DNA of 64,000 bases from an uncultured delta proteobacterium (GTDB lineage Bacteria; Myxococcota_A; Polyangia; Polyangiales; B10-G4): NCBI GenBank assembly GCA_963727445.1, contig CAVSGI010000008.1:192001-256000 (forward strand). Direction: 5' to 3'. Under the pieces are notes generated by a model. The model was not told where the DNA came from and made no database searches. It saw nothing but the letters and a program-made list of their open reading frames with translations. This document shows positions 12,713 through 22,496 of the stretch, piece by piece. Each line of letters begins with the position of its first letter. Position 1 is the first letter of the stretch. The position numbers and the translations under genes were made by a program.

Positions 12713-14959
12713 TCAGAGCGTCATGATCTGACTCGGCACCGGCAAGCTGGTCGCTTCGAGGTTCTGGCCGTTGTCGCTATAGGACACGTCGTTCATCAAG
12801 CGGCCGAGGTCGTAGCCGTCCTGTTGGACGCACGCGCCGATCTCGGCGCCGCGGACTTCGCCCGTTCGAAGATCCAGGTCGCTTCCCTCACCGACGAAGA
12901 CGCCGCAGAGGTTCGCGTCGGAGACTACGAAGCGTTCGACGCCGAGACCGCCAGAAACCGCGGCGACGCCGTAGCCAAAGGGCTCGTCGGAACAGAAGCC
13001 GGTAGAGCAGTCGAACGGCATCGTCTCCTCTACCGTGACGTCGGAGAGCGTCGCGCTCGCGCCGTTGATGGCCAGCACTCCGACGCCGCGGCTGCGAAGC
13101 ACCCGAACCCGGCTCGCGGACAACGTCGCGCCGTCCTGGGTGTGGAGGCCGTGACCGAAGGTGCCATCGGACTGCTGCGCGCGCGTGTCGCGGACCACGG
13201 CGTCGGCAAGCGTCACGTCGCTCCCCACGCCCACGGACATCGCACCCGCCACCCCGGCCTCGTCGATGAGTGCGCGCGTCGCAGAGACCCGTCCACCGTT
13301 CGCAGCGAGCAGCCCCATACCGAAGGCGTCGGTGCCGTCGGCGCGGACGTCCCCCACCAGCACGTCCTCGAGAACGACCGAGGCGCCCGCTCCGTCCGCC
13401 TCGACTCCGACCGTGGTCACGGCCCGAAACGCGGCTCGATGAAACACCAACTCCGCCTCGAACTGCGCCGTGGCGCCACGGCCATCTCTCCCGTCCCCCA
13501 TCGGGGCGACCTCAGCGATCATGGCGTCGTCGAAGCCGACGTGTGCCCCGCCGCCGATCGCGAGGACACCCGTCGAGTGCACGCGGGCGACGAAGAGGCG
13601 GCTGCCGTCGACCCGCGCGCCCTGCTGGGCCACGAGCCCGAAGCCGTTTTTCCCGTCGTCGTCGAGATCCGAATCACGGACCACCAGGTCCGGGATCGTC
13701 ACGGTGGTTCCGGCCCCGACCGCCAGGAGCCCCGCACCTAGACAGTGCTCGGTCACCACGCGTTGCGCGTCGAGCGACGCACCGTCGAAGACCTGGATGC
13801 AGTATCCGGCCCCCACCGTCGAGGACGTGGTGTCGCTCACCACGAGATCCTCGACGACCGCCATCGTCGAGGAACTGCCGACCACCAGCCCCTCGCCGCG
13901 GTTACCTCCCACAAAGCCGCGATGGATCGTCAGCGCGGCGCCCCCTTGGACGTCGATCCCGCGTCCTCCCTCTCCGTCGAGCGCCTGAGGCAGCGTGTCA
14001 GCCACCGTCAGATCGTTCGCCGTGACATTCGAGCCCGACTCTCCGATCAAGAGGCTGACGAGATGGTTCTGCGCGAACACCGCCTGCGCCATCGTCACGG
14101 TCGCTCCACCGTCGACCGCGAGCCCCACGCCGTACTCGCGGCCACTGTCCTCGCGCGTGGAGAACACGGCGACGCGTCGTGCGTCGAGCGTCGCGCCGGT
14201 CGATGCGTAGAGTCCTATCTGCCTCGCTTCCTCCACGACCACGCCGGCGAGGACGAGCGACGCGCCTGCCCCCGTCACCTCGACGCCGCGGGTCGGTCCC
14301 CCGCGGAGCGTCACGTCCCGGAGCTCGGCGGCCTCGCCAGCGGCGGCGAGCTTCACCGAAGCGGTCTCCCCGGGGACGCCCATCACGATCGTCTCCGCCG
14401 CGCAGGCACCGATGACCCGCACACCGGGGCGGAGCGTGATGTTGCCGCTGTAGCTGCCTTTGGCGAGGACGACGGTGGTGCCCGCGGCGAGGGTGGCGAA
14501 GGAGACCGCCGCGAGCGTTCCATAGGGCGCGCTCATCGACCCGTCTCCGCCGGTCGCCCCCGCGCGGACGTAGATCATTCGCGCCGAGGCGGGGACGTCG
14601 GCCGGGAAGTCCCCCGCCGGACACGCAGCCCCGACCGGCGCGCATCCCGCTTCACCGACGAAGTGCGCCTGGCCCGCCGGGCAGTCGGCCATGCCGCTGT
14701 CGGGATAGGGCGCACATGTACTGAACGCGTCCTGCGTCACGGTGCGCCACCCCGCGGGACAGGTGATCTCGGGCAGCGCGACGGGTGGAGCGTCGGCCGC
14801 GAGCCAGTCGATCATGGGGGGCGCGGCGAGCGACGGGCCGGCGTCGACACTTCCGTCGACAGTGGGCCCACCATCGCCAACCGTCCGGCCGCCATCGCAC
14901 CCGGCGAGCAGCCATGCGAATGCGAGGGTTCCGACGGTCCCCAGGTGGAGGATGCGCAT
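12713..14959 (-). CDS. Right-handed beta-helix repeat lipoprotein
   Basis: Lipobox LLAGC; Cys-rich N-module; IYVRAGATGGDGSMSAPYGTLAA; repeated G-x-G-L-x-V / V-x-D-T turns. Confidence 0.85.
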   Translation of the reverse strand: MRILHLGTVGTLAFAWLLAGCDGGRTVGDGGPTVDGSVDAGPSLAAPPMIDWLAADAPPVALPEITCPAGWRTVTQDAFSTCAPYPDSGMADCPAGQAHFVGEAGCAPVGAACPAGDFPADVPASARMIYVRAGATGGDGSMSAPYGTLAAVSFATLAAGTTVVLAKGSYSGNITLRPGVRVIGACAAETIVMGVPGETASVKLAAAGEAAELRDVTLRGGPTRGVEVTGAGASLVLAGVVVEEARQIGLYASTGATLDARRVAVFSTREDSGREYGVGLAVDGGATVTMAQAVFAQNHLVSLLIGESGSNVTANDLTVADTLPQALDGEGGRGIDVQGGAALTIHRGFVGGNRGEGLVVGSSSTMAVVEDLVVSDTTSSTVGAGYCIQVFDGASLDAQRVVTEHCLGAGLLAVGAGTTVTIPDLVVRDSDLDDDGKNGFGLVAQQGARVDGSRLFVARVHSTGVLAIGGGAHVGFDDAMIAEVAPMGDGRDGRGATAQFEAELVFHRAAFRAVTTVGVEADGAGASVVLEDVLVGDVRADGTDAFGMGLLAANGGRVSATRALIDEAGVAGAMSVGVGSDVTLADAVVRDTRAQQSDGTFGHGLHTQDGATLSASRVRVLRSRGVGVLAINGASATLSDVTVEETMPFDCSTGFCSDEPFGYGVAAVSGGLGVERFVVSDANLCGVFVGEGSDLDLRTGEVRGAEIGACVQQDGYDLGRLMNDVSYSDNGQNLEATSLPVPSQIMTL

Positions 14960-14989
14960 CCAGGCAATGATATCCGCTATCCTGCAATC
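14960..14989. promoter_or_regulatory. Bidirectional leaderless promoter candidate
   Basis: TATCCT (14978-14983) 6 nt before GTG 14990 (+); TATCAT (14972-14967) 7 nt before ATG 14959 (-); no SD. Confidence 0.6.
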
Positions 14990-16999
14990 GTGCGGTGCAT
15001 CGCGGCTTTGGTATGCGCCATCGCGTTCGTCGCGGGATGTGGAGACGATGGTGCGCCCGTCGATGCCAGCCCCGACGTCGCGACGGACGCCGCCGTGGAC
15101 AGCGGGCTGGTCTTGCCGCCAGCCCCCGAGGCGCCCATGGCGGCCGCGCTCCCCAATCTCACCCCGTGCGCGGAAGGCTTCTCCGAAGCACAGGTGGGAG
15201 AGACCATCCCGTTCACGATCTGTCTGCCCGCCGCCGCGGACGACTGCCCCGCGGGGGAGCACGCCTTTCTGGATGGATGCCGCGCGGTCGGCGACGCCTG
15301 CCCCACGGGCCGCTTCGCGGACGCGACGGGCGTCGCTTCGCCCATCTACGTCGACTCCATGGCCGCCGCGGGCGGCGACGGAACCGAGGCCGCACCCTTT
15401 TCGACGATCGCCGACGCCCTCGCCGTCGCGACCGCCGGCGACACCATTCTGCTGTCGATGGGTGTTCACGCCGGCGGGGTCACCGTCGGCGACGGCATCT
15501 CGCTCGTCGGCGCCTGCGCAACCGGCACGACCATCGACTCCTCGCCCATGGGCGCGATCATCACCACCGCCGGCGACGACGTGCGCATCGAAAACCTGCG
15601 CGTCACTGGCGACCACTTCGGCGTCCTGGCGAACGCGGGCACCGCCACCCTCGCCGGCGTCGACGTGGATGGCACCGCGAGCGTCGGCGTCGTCGCCAAC
15701 GGCGCCGAGCTCACCCTCGACGACGTCTCCATCCACGACACCCAGCCCACCGACGGAAGCCTCGGGATCGGTCTGGTGGCGATGGGCGCGGCGTCGCACG
15801 TCTCGGCGCAGCGCTTGTCCCTGGTGCGCAACGCCACCTTCAGCGCCGGCGCGAACGTCGGGAGCGTGATCGAGCTCTCGGACACGCGCATCGTCGACAG
15901 TCAGCCGCCGGCTCCCGACGGGCTCGGCGTCGCGATGTCGGCCATCGCGGGCAGCCGCATCACGTGCGAGCGCTGCGCCATCGAGCGCGCCTTCGGCCTC
16001 GCCGTCGACGCGGGCGGCATGGGCTCGAGCGTCACCCTCATCGACACGATCGTCGACGAGACCCTTCAGGCGACCGGCGGCGAGGAGTCGGCCTTCGCGG
16101 TCCTGGCGCGCGACGCATCGCACGTCGAGCTCCATCGCACCGCCGTGACGCACACCGCGATCGCCGGCGTCGTGCTCGCTGCCGGATCTTCCGGCGTCCT
16201 GACCGATGTCGTCATCCACGACACGCGTATCGACGTGGGCCTCGTGGGATACGCTCGCAGCACCACGACGGCCGAGCGCCTCGCCGTGAACAGCGCGAGC
16301 GGGGTCGCCGTGCACTACACGGACCCCTCCGCGACCGTCAGCTTCACCGACCTCACGGTCGTCGACACCCGCGCGCGAGAGACCGACGGACTGGGTGGGC
16401 GCGGCATGGAGGTGAGCGCGGGCGTCGACATGACCCTCACCCGCGCCCACTTCGAGAACGTGCGAGAGGTCGCCATGCTGATCGACCAGGGCGCGACCGT
16501 GACCGCGACCGATCTACGCATCCTGAACACGATCCCCAACCTCGGCGTGGGCCGCGGAATCAACGTCCAGGGTGCGGCGAGCTTCGTGGGGGAGCGCGTC
16601 GAGATCACGGGAAGCTCCGAGGTCGGGTTCTTCGCCTATTCGGAGGGAACCACCGCCAGCCTGCGCGACGTCGAGATCGCGGACACCCTGGCGCGCGATT
16701 GCCCGGACGACGCGTGTCTTCCGGGCGCGGGTATGGGCTTCGTCGTCTTCGACAAGGCTTCACTCGACGCGACGAGCTTCCTGCTCGCTCGCAACGCGCT
16801 CGCCGGCTTGCAGCTCGTGGACGCCGACGTCACCTGGTCGGCGGGCGTCGTCCGCGACCATCCGATCGGCGTGAACATCCAGCTCGCCCCCATCGATGCG
16901 ACCACCCTCACGGAAAACGTCGTCTACATCGACAACGGCCAGAACCTCGATGCCACCGCGCTGCCCACGCCCGCCCCCGCACCGAGCGTGTCGCCCTGA
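14990..16999 (+). CDS. Right-handed beta-helix repeat lipoprotein, paralog of 12713-14959
   Basis: Lipobox FVAGC; CPAGEHAF..GC.AVGDACP.G.F; IYVDSMAAAGGDGTEAAPFSTIADAL; shared C-terminus DNGQNL.AT.LP.P. Confidence 0.85.
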   Translation: MRCIAALVCAIAFVAGCGDDGAPVDASPDVATDAAVDSGLVLPPAPEAPMAAALPNLTPCAEGFSEAQVGETIPFTICLPAAADDCPAGEHAFLDGCRAVGDACPTGRFADATGVASPIYVDSMAAAGGDGTEAAPFSTIADALAVATAGDTILLSMGVHAGGVTVGDGISLVGACATGTTIDSSPMGAIITTAGDDVRIENLRVTGDHFGVLANAGTATLAGVDVDGTASVGVVANGAELTLDDVSIHDTQPTDGSLGIGLVAMGAASHVSAQRLSLVRNATFSAGANVGSVIELSDTRIVDSQPPAPDGLGVAMSAIAGSRITCERCAIERAFGLAVDAGGMGSSVTLIDTIVDETLQATGGEESAFAVLARDASHVELHRTAVTHTAIAGVVLAAGSSGVLTDVVIHDTRIDVGLVGYARSTTTAERLAVNSASGVAVHYTDPSATVSFTDLTVVDTRARETDGLGGRGMEVSAGVDMTLTRAHFENVREVAMLIDQGATVTATDLRILNTIPNLGVGRGINVQGAASFVGERVEITGSSEVGFFAYSEGTTASLRDVEIADTLARDCPDDACLPGAGMGFVVFDKASLDATSFLLARNALAGLQLVDADVTWSAGVVRDHPIGVNIQLAPIDATTLTENVVYIDNGQNLDATALPTPAPAPSVSP

Positions 17000-17009
17000 G
17001 CGCTGCTGA

Positions 17010-17561
17010 TCAGCGAGCGCGGGCGTAGGTGCCCATCAGCTGCGCCTCGGCGAGCACGTGATCGCGCATCGCCGACTCGACCTCCGCTTTGGTCGCACCC
17101 TCGGCGAGGCCGAGCGGCGCGTCGAGGGCATAGAGCTTGAAGAAGTACCGATGCGCTGCACCGGGCGGCGGACACGGACCGCCCCAGCCCAGGTTGCCGA
17201 AGTCGTTGCGCCCCTGCATCGCCGGCGACTCGCCGGGAACCGCCGCGCCCGCACCTTCGGCGACCGCGCGCGCGTCGCGGGGAATGTCGTAGTAGACCCA
17301 GTGCACCCACGTGCCACGTGGCGCGTCGGGATCGTCGACGATCAGCGCGAAGGCCTGGGTGTGATCGGGGACATCGGCGATCGCCAGGGCGGGTGAGACG
17401 TCCTCCCCGTCGCAGGTGAAGCGCTGCGGGATGGGCTCGCCTTCGGTGATCGCGGTGCTGGTGAGATGCATGGTGACCTCCGGATCGGGCGCGGAGCTGG
17501 CGCAATACCCGCCACAGCCGGCGACCAGGAGCAGAAGGAGGTGGAGGCTGCGCGGGGTCAT
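17010..17561 (-). CDS. YbhB/YbcL (PEBP) family protein
   Basis: FTCDGEDVSP, DDPDAPRGTWVHW, GGPCPP, HRYFFKLYALD. Confidence 0.95.
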   Translation of the reverse strand: MTPRSLHLLLLLVAGCGGYCASSAPDPEVTMHLTSTAITEGEPIPQRFTCDGEDVSPALAIADVPDHTQAFALIVDDPDAPRGTWVHWVYYDIPRDARAVAEGAGAAVPGESPAMQGRNDFGNLGWGGPCPPPGAAHRYFFKLYALDAPLGLAEGATKAEVESAMRDHVLAEAQLMGTYARAR

Positions 17562-17646
17562 TGGATCACCTTTCAAGTGCTTCCCGAGGAGCGCGCGTCA
17601 ATTGTCGCCAATTTCCGCCGTAATTATCGGCCGCGGAGGCCCCGTT

Positions 17647-17665
17647 GATATTGACATTGACTTTC
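17647..17665 (+). promoter_or_regulatory. Fur-box-like operator upstream of bfd-bfr
   Basis: gatattgacattgactttc matches 13/19 of GATAATGATAATCATTATC, in an AT-rich patch 30 bp before bfd. Confidence 0.65.
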
Positions 17666-17694
17666 AACATCACCGGATGCAGATCAAAGGGGTC

Positions 17695-17910
17695 ATGCTG
17701 GTGTGCCATTGCAAGCGCGTCAACGACAAGGTCATCCGCAGCGCCATCCGCGAGGGCGCTGATGACATCGACTCCGTGGGCGCGGCCTGCGGCGCGGGCA
17801 CCTGCTGCGGCGGCTGTCACGACACCATCGACGAGCTGCTCGAGTCGGAGCGCGGCGAAAGGCGGCTTCTACCGATGCTCGCCATGACAGCCCTCGTCAC
17901 CGGGCGCTGA
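17695..17910 (+). CDS. bfd: Bacterioferritin-associated ferredoxin [2Fe-2S]
   Basis: MLVCHCKRVND...AGTCCGGC, directly upstream of bfr. Confidence 0.93.
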   Translation: MLVCHCKRVNDKVIRSAIREGADDIDSVGAACGAGTCCGGCHDTIDELLESERGERRLLPMLAMTALVTGR

Positions 17911-17929
17911 CGGCGCTAGGGTCCGGCCC

Positions 17930-18394
17930 ATGAAGGGCGACCCAGACGTCATCGAATTGTTGAACGCCGTGCTCACCTCCGAGCTGACGGCGATCAACCA
18001 GTACTTCATCCACTACAAGATGTGCGCGAACTGGGGCTACGGCGCGATCGCCGAAAAGAAGCGCTCCGAATCGATCGAGGAGATGAAGCACGCCGACGAG
18101 GTGATGGAGCGGATCCTCTTTCTCGATGGCGTCCCCAACATGCAGCGCCTGAATTCGGTGCGCGTCGGCGAAGACGTCAAGGAGATGCACGAGCTCGACC
18201 TCGCTCTCGAGCTCGAAGCGCGGACGCGCCTGGTCGACGGCATCGCGCTCTGCCGCACCAAGAAGGACGAGGGCACGCGCATGCTCCTCGAGCACATCCT
18301 CGAGCAGGAAGAGGAAGGCATCGACTGGCTCGAGACCGAGCTTCACGTCATCGGCCAGATCGGCATCGAGCGCTACCTCGCCGAGAAGCTCTGA
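17930..18394 (+). CDS. bfr: Bacterioferritin
   Basis: MKGDPDVIELLN, ELTAINQYFIH, EEMKHAD, ERILFLDGVPN, DLALE. Confidence 0.97.
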   Translation: MKGDPDVIELLNAVLTSELTAINQYFIHYKMCANWGYGAIAEKKRSESIEEMKHADEVMERILFLDGVPNMQRLNSVRVGEDVKEMHELDLALELEARTRLVDGIALCRTKKDEGTRMLLEHILEQEEEGIDWLETELHVIGQIGIERYLAEKL

Positions 18395-18435
18395 GCGGCA
18401 GGCTCGACGTCGTATCGGTCGCACCGTCTCGCACC

Positions 18436-20046
18436 TCAGCGCGCGGGATAGAAGGAGACGGCGAGGCGCATGCGTTCAACCGCCCCCGGGCCGTAGCTGA
18501 CCTGTCGCAGCTGGACAATCGCGCATTGGTTGAACTCGGGATAGTGGTTTCCCACCGCGTGAATGGCGTGCGGCGAGCCATGCTCGTCGAGGTCGATGAG
18601 GAAATCGACGCCGCGATCGCTCCGCGGCTCCGGCACCCCGCGGGGCCAACAGGACGTGAGGTCGGCGACGCCGCGCAACCGAGACAGGACGTCCCTTGCG
18701 CGTCGGGAGCGAAACTCGCCGCCGGCGAAGACCACCTCGACCAGGCGCCTGCCGCCTGACCGCATGCGTCCGCGCTTCGTGCGGCGTTCTGCGCCGGCGC
18801 CGCCTTCCGCGTTGGCGTCGGGTCCCACGTGGGCGGCGGCATCGGCGACGGGGACGACCACCGGGAGGGCCACGGCCTCGGTGGCGGGTACGACGGCGGT
18901 CGGCGCGACGGCCAGCGGCGCCGTGTCCTCTTCGCGGTCCGCGTCACCGACCCACAGCCACGTTCCCACCGCGCCGGCCAGCGCGACCAGGAGCAGGACG
19001 GAAGCCGTGACCAGCACGCGAGGCCACCGGCGCTCCTCCGCCTCGTTCGAGACGTCGGCGGCGCGCCCCGGGAGCTCGGCTCGGGTCGGCGGCGCCTGCG
19101 GGGTCGACTCCTCCGGGGCGTAGGAGACCCGCAGCGACGCGAGGTCGGCGGGCGGACGCCAGTCGACGATCGTCGACTTGGCCGTCGCGTCGAGTGACGC
19201 GAGCGCGTCGTTCATCTCCTCCGCGCTCTGGTAGCGCGCTTCGGGGTCGTGGGCGATCGCGCGCTCGATGATCTCGCCGAGTCGTCCGAGCCTCGGGGAG
19301 CGTTCGTGGATGCGCGCGCGCTCGTCGGCGACCATCCGTTTGAGGATGTCCACGTAGTCTCCGCGTCCGTAGGGCGGCTCACCGGCGAAGATGCGGTGCA
19401 GGATCGCACCCACCGAATAGACGTCCGCAGTCGGCCCGGCCGGCTCGCCCATCGCCTGCTGCGGCGACATGTACGAGGGCGTGCCCACCACCTGACCGGT
19501 CGACGTGAGGCGCGTCATCGCGTCGCTCATGGCGAGGCGCGCCACGCCGTAGTCGACGACCTTGGCGATCTCGCCAGCGCCGCCACGCCCCTCGACGAGC
19601 ATCACGTTCGCCGGCTTGAGGTCGCGATGCACGACGCCGATCGCATGACCCGCCGCGACGGCCGCGAGCACCTGCCGCGCGATGCGGATCGCGCGCTGGG
19701 CGTCGAAGGTCTCACCGCGCTTCAATCGCTCGCTCAGCGACGCGCCCTCGAGGAGCTCCATCGCGATGAAGGGCGGCTCGCCCCCGCCGCCGCCAGCGGT
19801 GATCACCTCGACGACATGCGGATGTGAGATGCGCGCCATGACCTCGGCTTCGCGCGCGAAGCGGCGCATCACCTCGTCGTCTTCGCCGAGCCCGGGATGA
19901 ATGAGCTTGATCGCGACCGCGCGTCCCGTCGCGACCTCGATCCCCGCGAAGACGGCACCCATGCCCCCGCGGCCGAGGGCGCGGTCGAGGCGGAAGCGCC
20001 CGCCGCCGACGTTGGTGCCCACGAGCTCGAGGAGTCGTTCGTGCAT
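18436..20046 (-). CDS. Transmembrane Ser/Thr protein kinase
   Basis: LGRGGMGAVF, VAIK, HRDLKPAN, DYG, GTPSYMSP; TM helix and extracellular C-domain. Confidence 0.93.
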   Translation of the reverse strand: MHERLLELVGTNVGGGRFRLDRALGRGGMGAVFAGIEVATGRAVAIKLIHPGLGEDDEVMRRFAREAEVMARISHPHVVEVITAGGGGGEPPFIAMELLEGASLSERLKRGETFDAQRAIRIARQVLAAVAAGHAIGVVHRDLKPANVMLVEGRGGAGEIAKVVDYGVARLAMSDAMTRLTSTGQVVGTPSYMSPQQAMGEPAGPTADVYSVGAILHRIFAGEPPYGRGDYVDILKRMVADERARIHERSPRLGRLGEIIERAIAHDPEARYQSAEEMNDALASLDATAKSTIVDWRPPADLASLRVSYAPEESTPQAPPTRAELPGRAADVSNEAEERRWPRVLVTASVLLLVALAGAVGTWLWVGDADREEDTAPLAVAPTAVVPATEAVALPVVVPVADAAAHVGPDANAEGGAGAERRTKRGRMRSGGRRLVEVVFAGGEFRSRRARDVLSRLRGVADLTSCWPRGVPEPRSDRGVDFLIDLDEHGSPHAIHAVGNHYPEFNQCAIVQLRQVSYGPGAVERMRLAVSFYPAR

Positions 20047-20096
20047 GTCCCGCGAGGATTCTAACGGGCTTGGTGCGGGCCCAAGAGACGGTGATT

Positions 20097-21680
20097 TCAG
20101 AGGGCTTGGAAGAAGGAGTAGTGCAAGACGACCGTCTCTGCCTCGCCGAAACGGAATTGGACGCGCTCGAGCTTGTGCGTCGCGCACCGGTTGAACTCGG
20201 GGTATGCGGACGTGGTTTCGACGGATTGCACCGCGCCCCACTGGTCGAGCTCGATGCGCAGGTCGGCGCCTCGATTGAAGTTCGGCGGCACCGGCGCGCC
20301 GAGAGGCCAGCACGCCGAGAGGTCGGCTCGATCGCCCAGGCTCATCCGAATCGTGTCTCGGCGCGAGCCGAGGTCGCCGCCGGTGAAGTTCACGACGGCC
20401 AGGCGCCTGACGCGCCTGGCGATTTGCGAACGCATCCCAGTCTCGGCGCTTCTCGTGGTCGCATGCGCGTCTTCTCGCGCATCGCCGCCTGCGTCTCTGG
20501 CGACGGGCTCCTCGGGGGCGACGAGCGCGACGGCTTCGGTTGGCGCGATGATGGGGGACGAGGGAGACGTCAGCTCCGGGCTCGGGACATCGCCATGGGT
20601 CGCGTCGAACCACAGCCAGGTGCCGAGCCCGCCGCCGAGCGCAATGAACGCGAACAAGACGAAGACCAAGAGAGGGCGCGCTCGTGACGCGCGGGGAGCG
20701 CCGACGTGGGCCTCGGTTTTCGGGCGTGGCTCGCGCACCGGCGGGTCGTCCGCGGCGGCGGGGAGGCGCAGAGAAGCGAGGTCCGGCGGCGGACGCCAAT
20801 CGAGGATCGTCGTCTTCGCCTTCGCGTCGATCGAGGCGAGCGCGTCGTTCATCTCGTCCGCGCTCTGGTAGCGAGCTTCGGGCTCGTACGCGACGGCGCG
20901 CTCGATGATCTCCCCCAGGCGACCGAGCCCCTCCACACGCTCCTGGATGCGTGAGCGCTCGTCCACGACCATGCGCTTCAACAGATCGATGTACTGCCCG
21001 CTGCCGTACGGCGGCTCCCCCGCGACGAGACGATGCAGGATCGCGCCGACCGCGTAGATATCGGCCTCCGGCCCCACGGGCTCGCCCATCGCCTGCTGCG
21101 GCGACATGTAGGAAGGCGTCCCCACCACCTGCCCGGTCGCCGTGAGCCGCGTCATCGCGTCGCTCATCGCCAAACGCGCCACGCCGTAGTCGACGACCTT
21201 CGCGATCTCCTCGCCGCCCGGCCCGGAGACCAGCATCACGTTCGCCGGCTTGAGGTCGCGATGCACGACGCCGATCGCATGACCCGCCGCGACCGCGGCG
21301 AGCACCTGCCGCGCGATGCGGACGGCGCGCTGGGCATCGAAGGTCTCACCGCGCTTCAATCGCTCGCTCAGCGACGCGCCCTCGAGGAGCTCCATCGCGA
21401 TGAAGGGCGGCTCGCCCTGCCCTCCCCCTGCCGCGATCACCTCGACCACGTGCGGGTGTGAAAGGCGCGTCGTGACCTCGGCCTCGCGCTGAAAGCGCTT
21501 CATCGCCGCGCTCTCTTCGGCGAGCCCCGGATGCATCAGCTTGATCGCCACCGCGCGCCCCGTCGCGACCTCGACCGCCGCGAAGACCGCCCCCATGCCG
21601 CCATGGCCGAGCACGCGATCGAGGCGAAAGCGCCCCTGACCGACCGTCTTACCCACGAGCGCCAGGAGACCTTCGTGCAT
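20097..21680 (-). CDS. Transmembrane Ser/Thr protein kinase, tandem paralog
   Basis: LGHGGMGAVF, VAIK, HRDLKPAN, DYG, GTPSYMSP; TM helix. Confidence 0.93.
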   Translation of the reverse strand: MHEGLLALVGKTVGQGRFRLDRVLGHGGMGAVFAAVEVATGRAVAIKLMHPGLAEESAAMKRFQREAEVTTRLSHPHVVEVIAAGGGQGEPPFIAMELLEGASLSERLKRGETFDAQRAVRIARQVLAAVAAGHAIGVVHRDLKPANVMLVSGPGGEEIAKVVDYGVARLAMSDAMTRLTATGQVVGTPSYMSPQQAMGEPVGPEADIYAVGAILHRLVAGEPPYGSGQYIDLLKRMVVDERSRIQERVEGLGRLGEIIERAVAYEPEARYQSADEMNDALASIDAKAKTTILDWRPPPDLASLRLPAAADDPPVREPRPKTEAHVGAPRASRARPLLVFVLFAFIALGGGLGTWLWFDATHGDVPSPELTSPSSPIIAPTEAVALVAPEEPVARDAGGDAREDAHATTRSAETGMRSQIARRVRRLAVVNFTGGDLGSRRDTIRMSLGDRADLSACWPLGAPVPPNFNRGADLRIELDQWGAVQSVETTSAYPEFNRCATHKLERVQFRFGEAETVVLHYSFFQAL

Positions 21681-21711
21681 CCCGCCGGCCAGTCTACTAT
21701 CGGCGCCGCCG
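21681..21711. promoter_or_regulatory. Overlapping opposite-strand -10 elements (bidirectional promoter candidate)
   Basis: agtctactat gives TACTAT (+, 21695-21700) and TAGACT (-, 21696-21691), 11 and 10 nt from the divergent ATGs. Confidence 0.6.
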
Positions 21712-22461
21712 ATGACCGACGAAGGCGACGACCTGGCTGTGGTGCCCCCCGGAGGCTCGGTTCAATTGCGGATCGTCTGCGCCATCCTCGCGAGCGCCGC
21801 GCGTCTGGTCCCGGTGCCTTTCGTCGACGACGTGTTGCGCGAGCGCATCACCCAGATCGTCGTCAAGCAGACGCTCGCCGCGCACGGGCGCGACTATTCG
21901 AGCAGCCGACTGAAGCCGCTCTGGACCGACAGCGGTGGGTGTGCGAGCGGGTGCCTCGTCGCGGCGCTCAAGGTGCCGTTGATCCTGATCACCTATCCGT
22001 TCCGCAAGGTGTGGGCGTGGCTGATGGCGGTGCGGCATCTGTCACGGGACCTGACGACGATGGTGCTCCTCGGGCGCGCGCTCGATCGTTCGCTCTCGCT
22101 GGGCCGGCTCGCAGACGGCGAGGGGCTGGAGGCGGAGGCGGAGCAGTGGAGCCGGGCCTTCGACAATGCCGTCTCGGGCATGGACACCAAGGTGCTCACG
22201 AGCGGCCTCGCGAGCGCGCTGTCCAGCGTGAAGGGCCTCGGGAGCTCGGCGGTGCGCACGCTCCGGAGCTTGTGGCGCAAGCGCCAGGCGGGCGACGTCG
22301 TGGAGGTGGATGTGCCGGATTCGGAGAAGAAGGTGCTCGAGGAGGGCGCGCGCAGCGTCGAAGCGGTGCTCGCCAAGCCCGAGATCGTCGCGCTCCTCGA
22401 ACGCTTCGATGCGCGCTTCGAGGACAACCTGAAGGTGCTGGCAGCGCGAAACGAGGGGTGA
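21712..22461 (+). CDS. Hypothetical protein, possibly membrane-associated
   Basis: 249 aa; LVPVPFVDD motif and a central hydrophobic stretch. Confidence 0.75.
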   Translation: MTDEGDDLAVVPPGGSVQLRIVCAILASAARLVPVPFVDDVLRERITQIVVKQTLAAHGRDYSSSRLKPLWTDSGGCASGCLVAALKVPLILITYPFRKVWAWLMAVRHLSRDLTTMVLLGRALDRSLSLGRLADGEGLEAEAEQWSRAFDNAVSGMDTKVLTSGLASALSSVKGLGSSAVRTLRSLWRKRQAGDVVEVDVPDSEKKVLEEGARSVEAVLAKPEIVALLERFDARFEDNLKVLAARNEG

Positions 22462-22496
22462 TGGCGCGTCGGCCCGCGCGCCGGTATCTTTCGCGC

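Noticed and set aside
12713..16999. Two giant overlapping antisense genes (1245 and 1084 aa)
   Set aside because: The extensions are stop-free shadows in GC-rich DNA; lipobox-bearing starts are at 14959 and 14990
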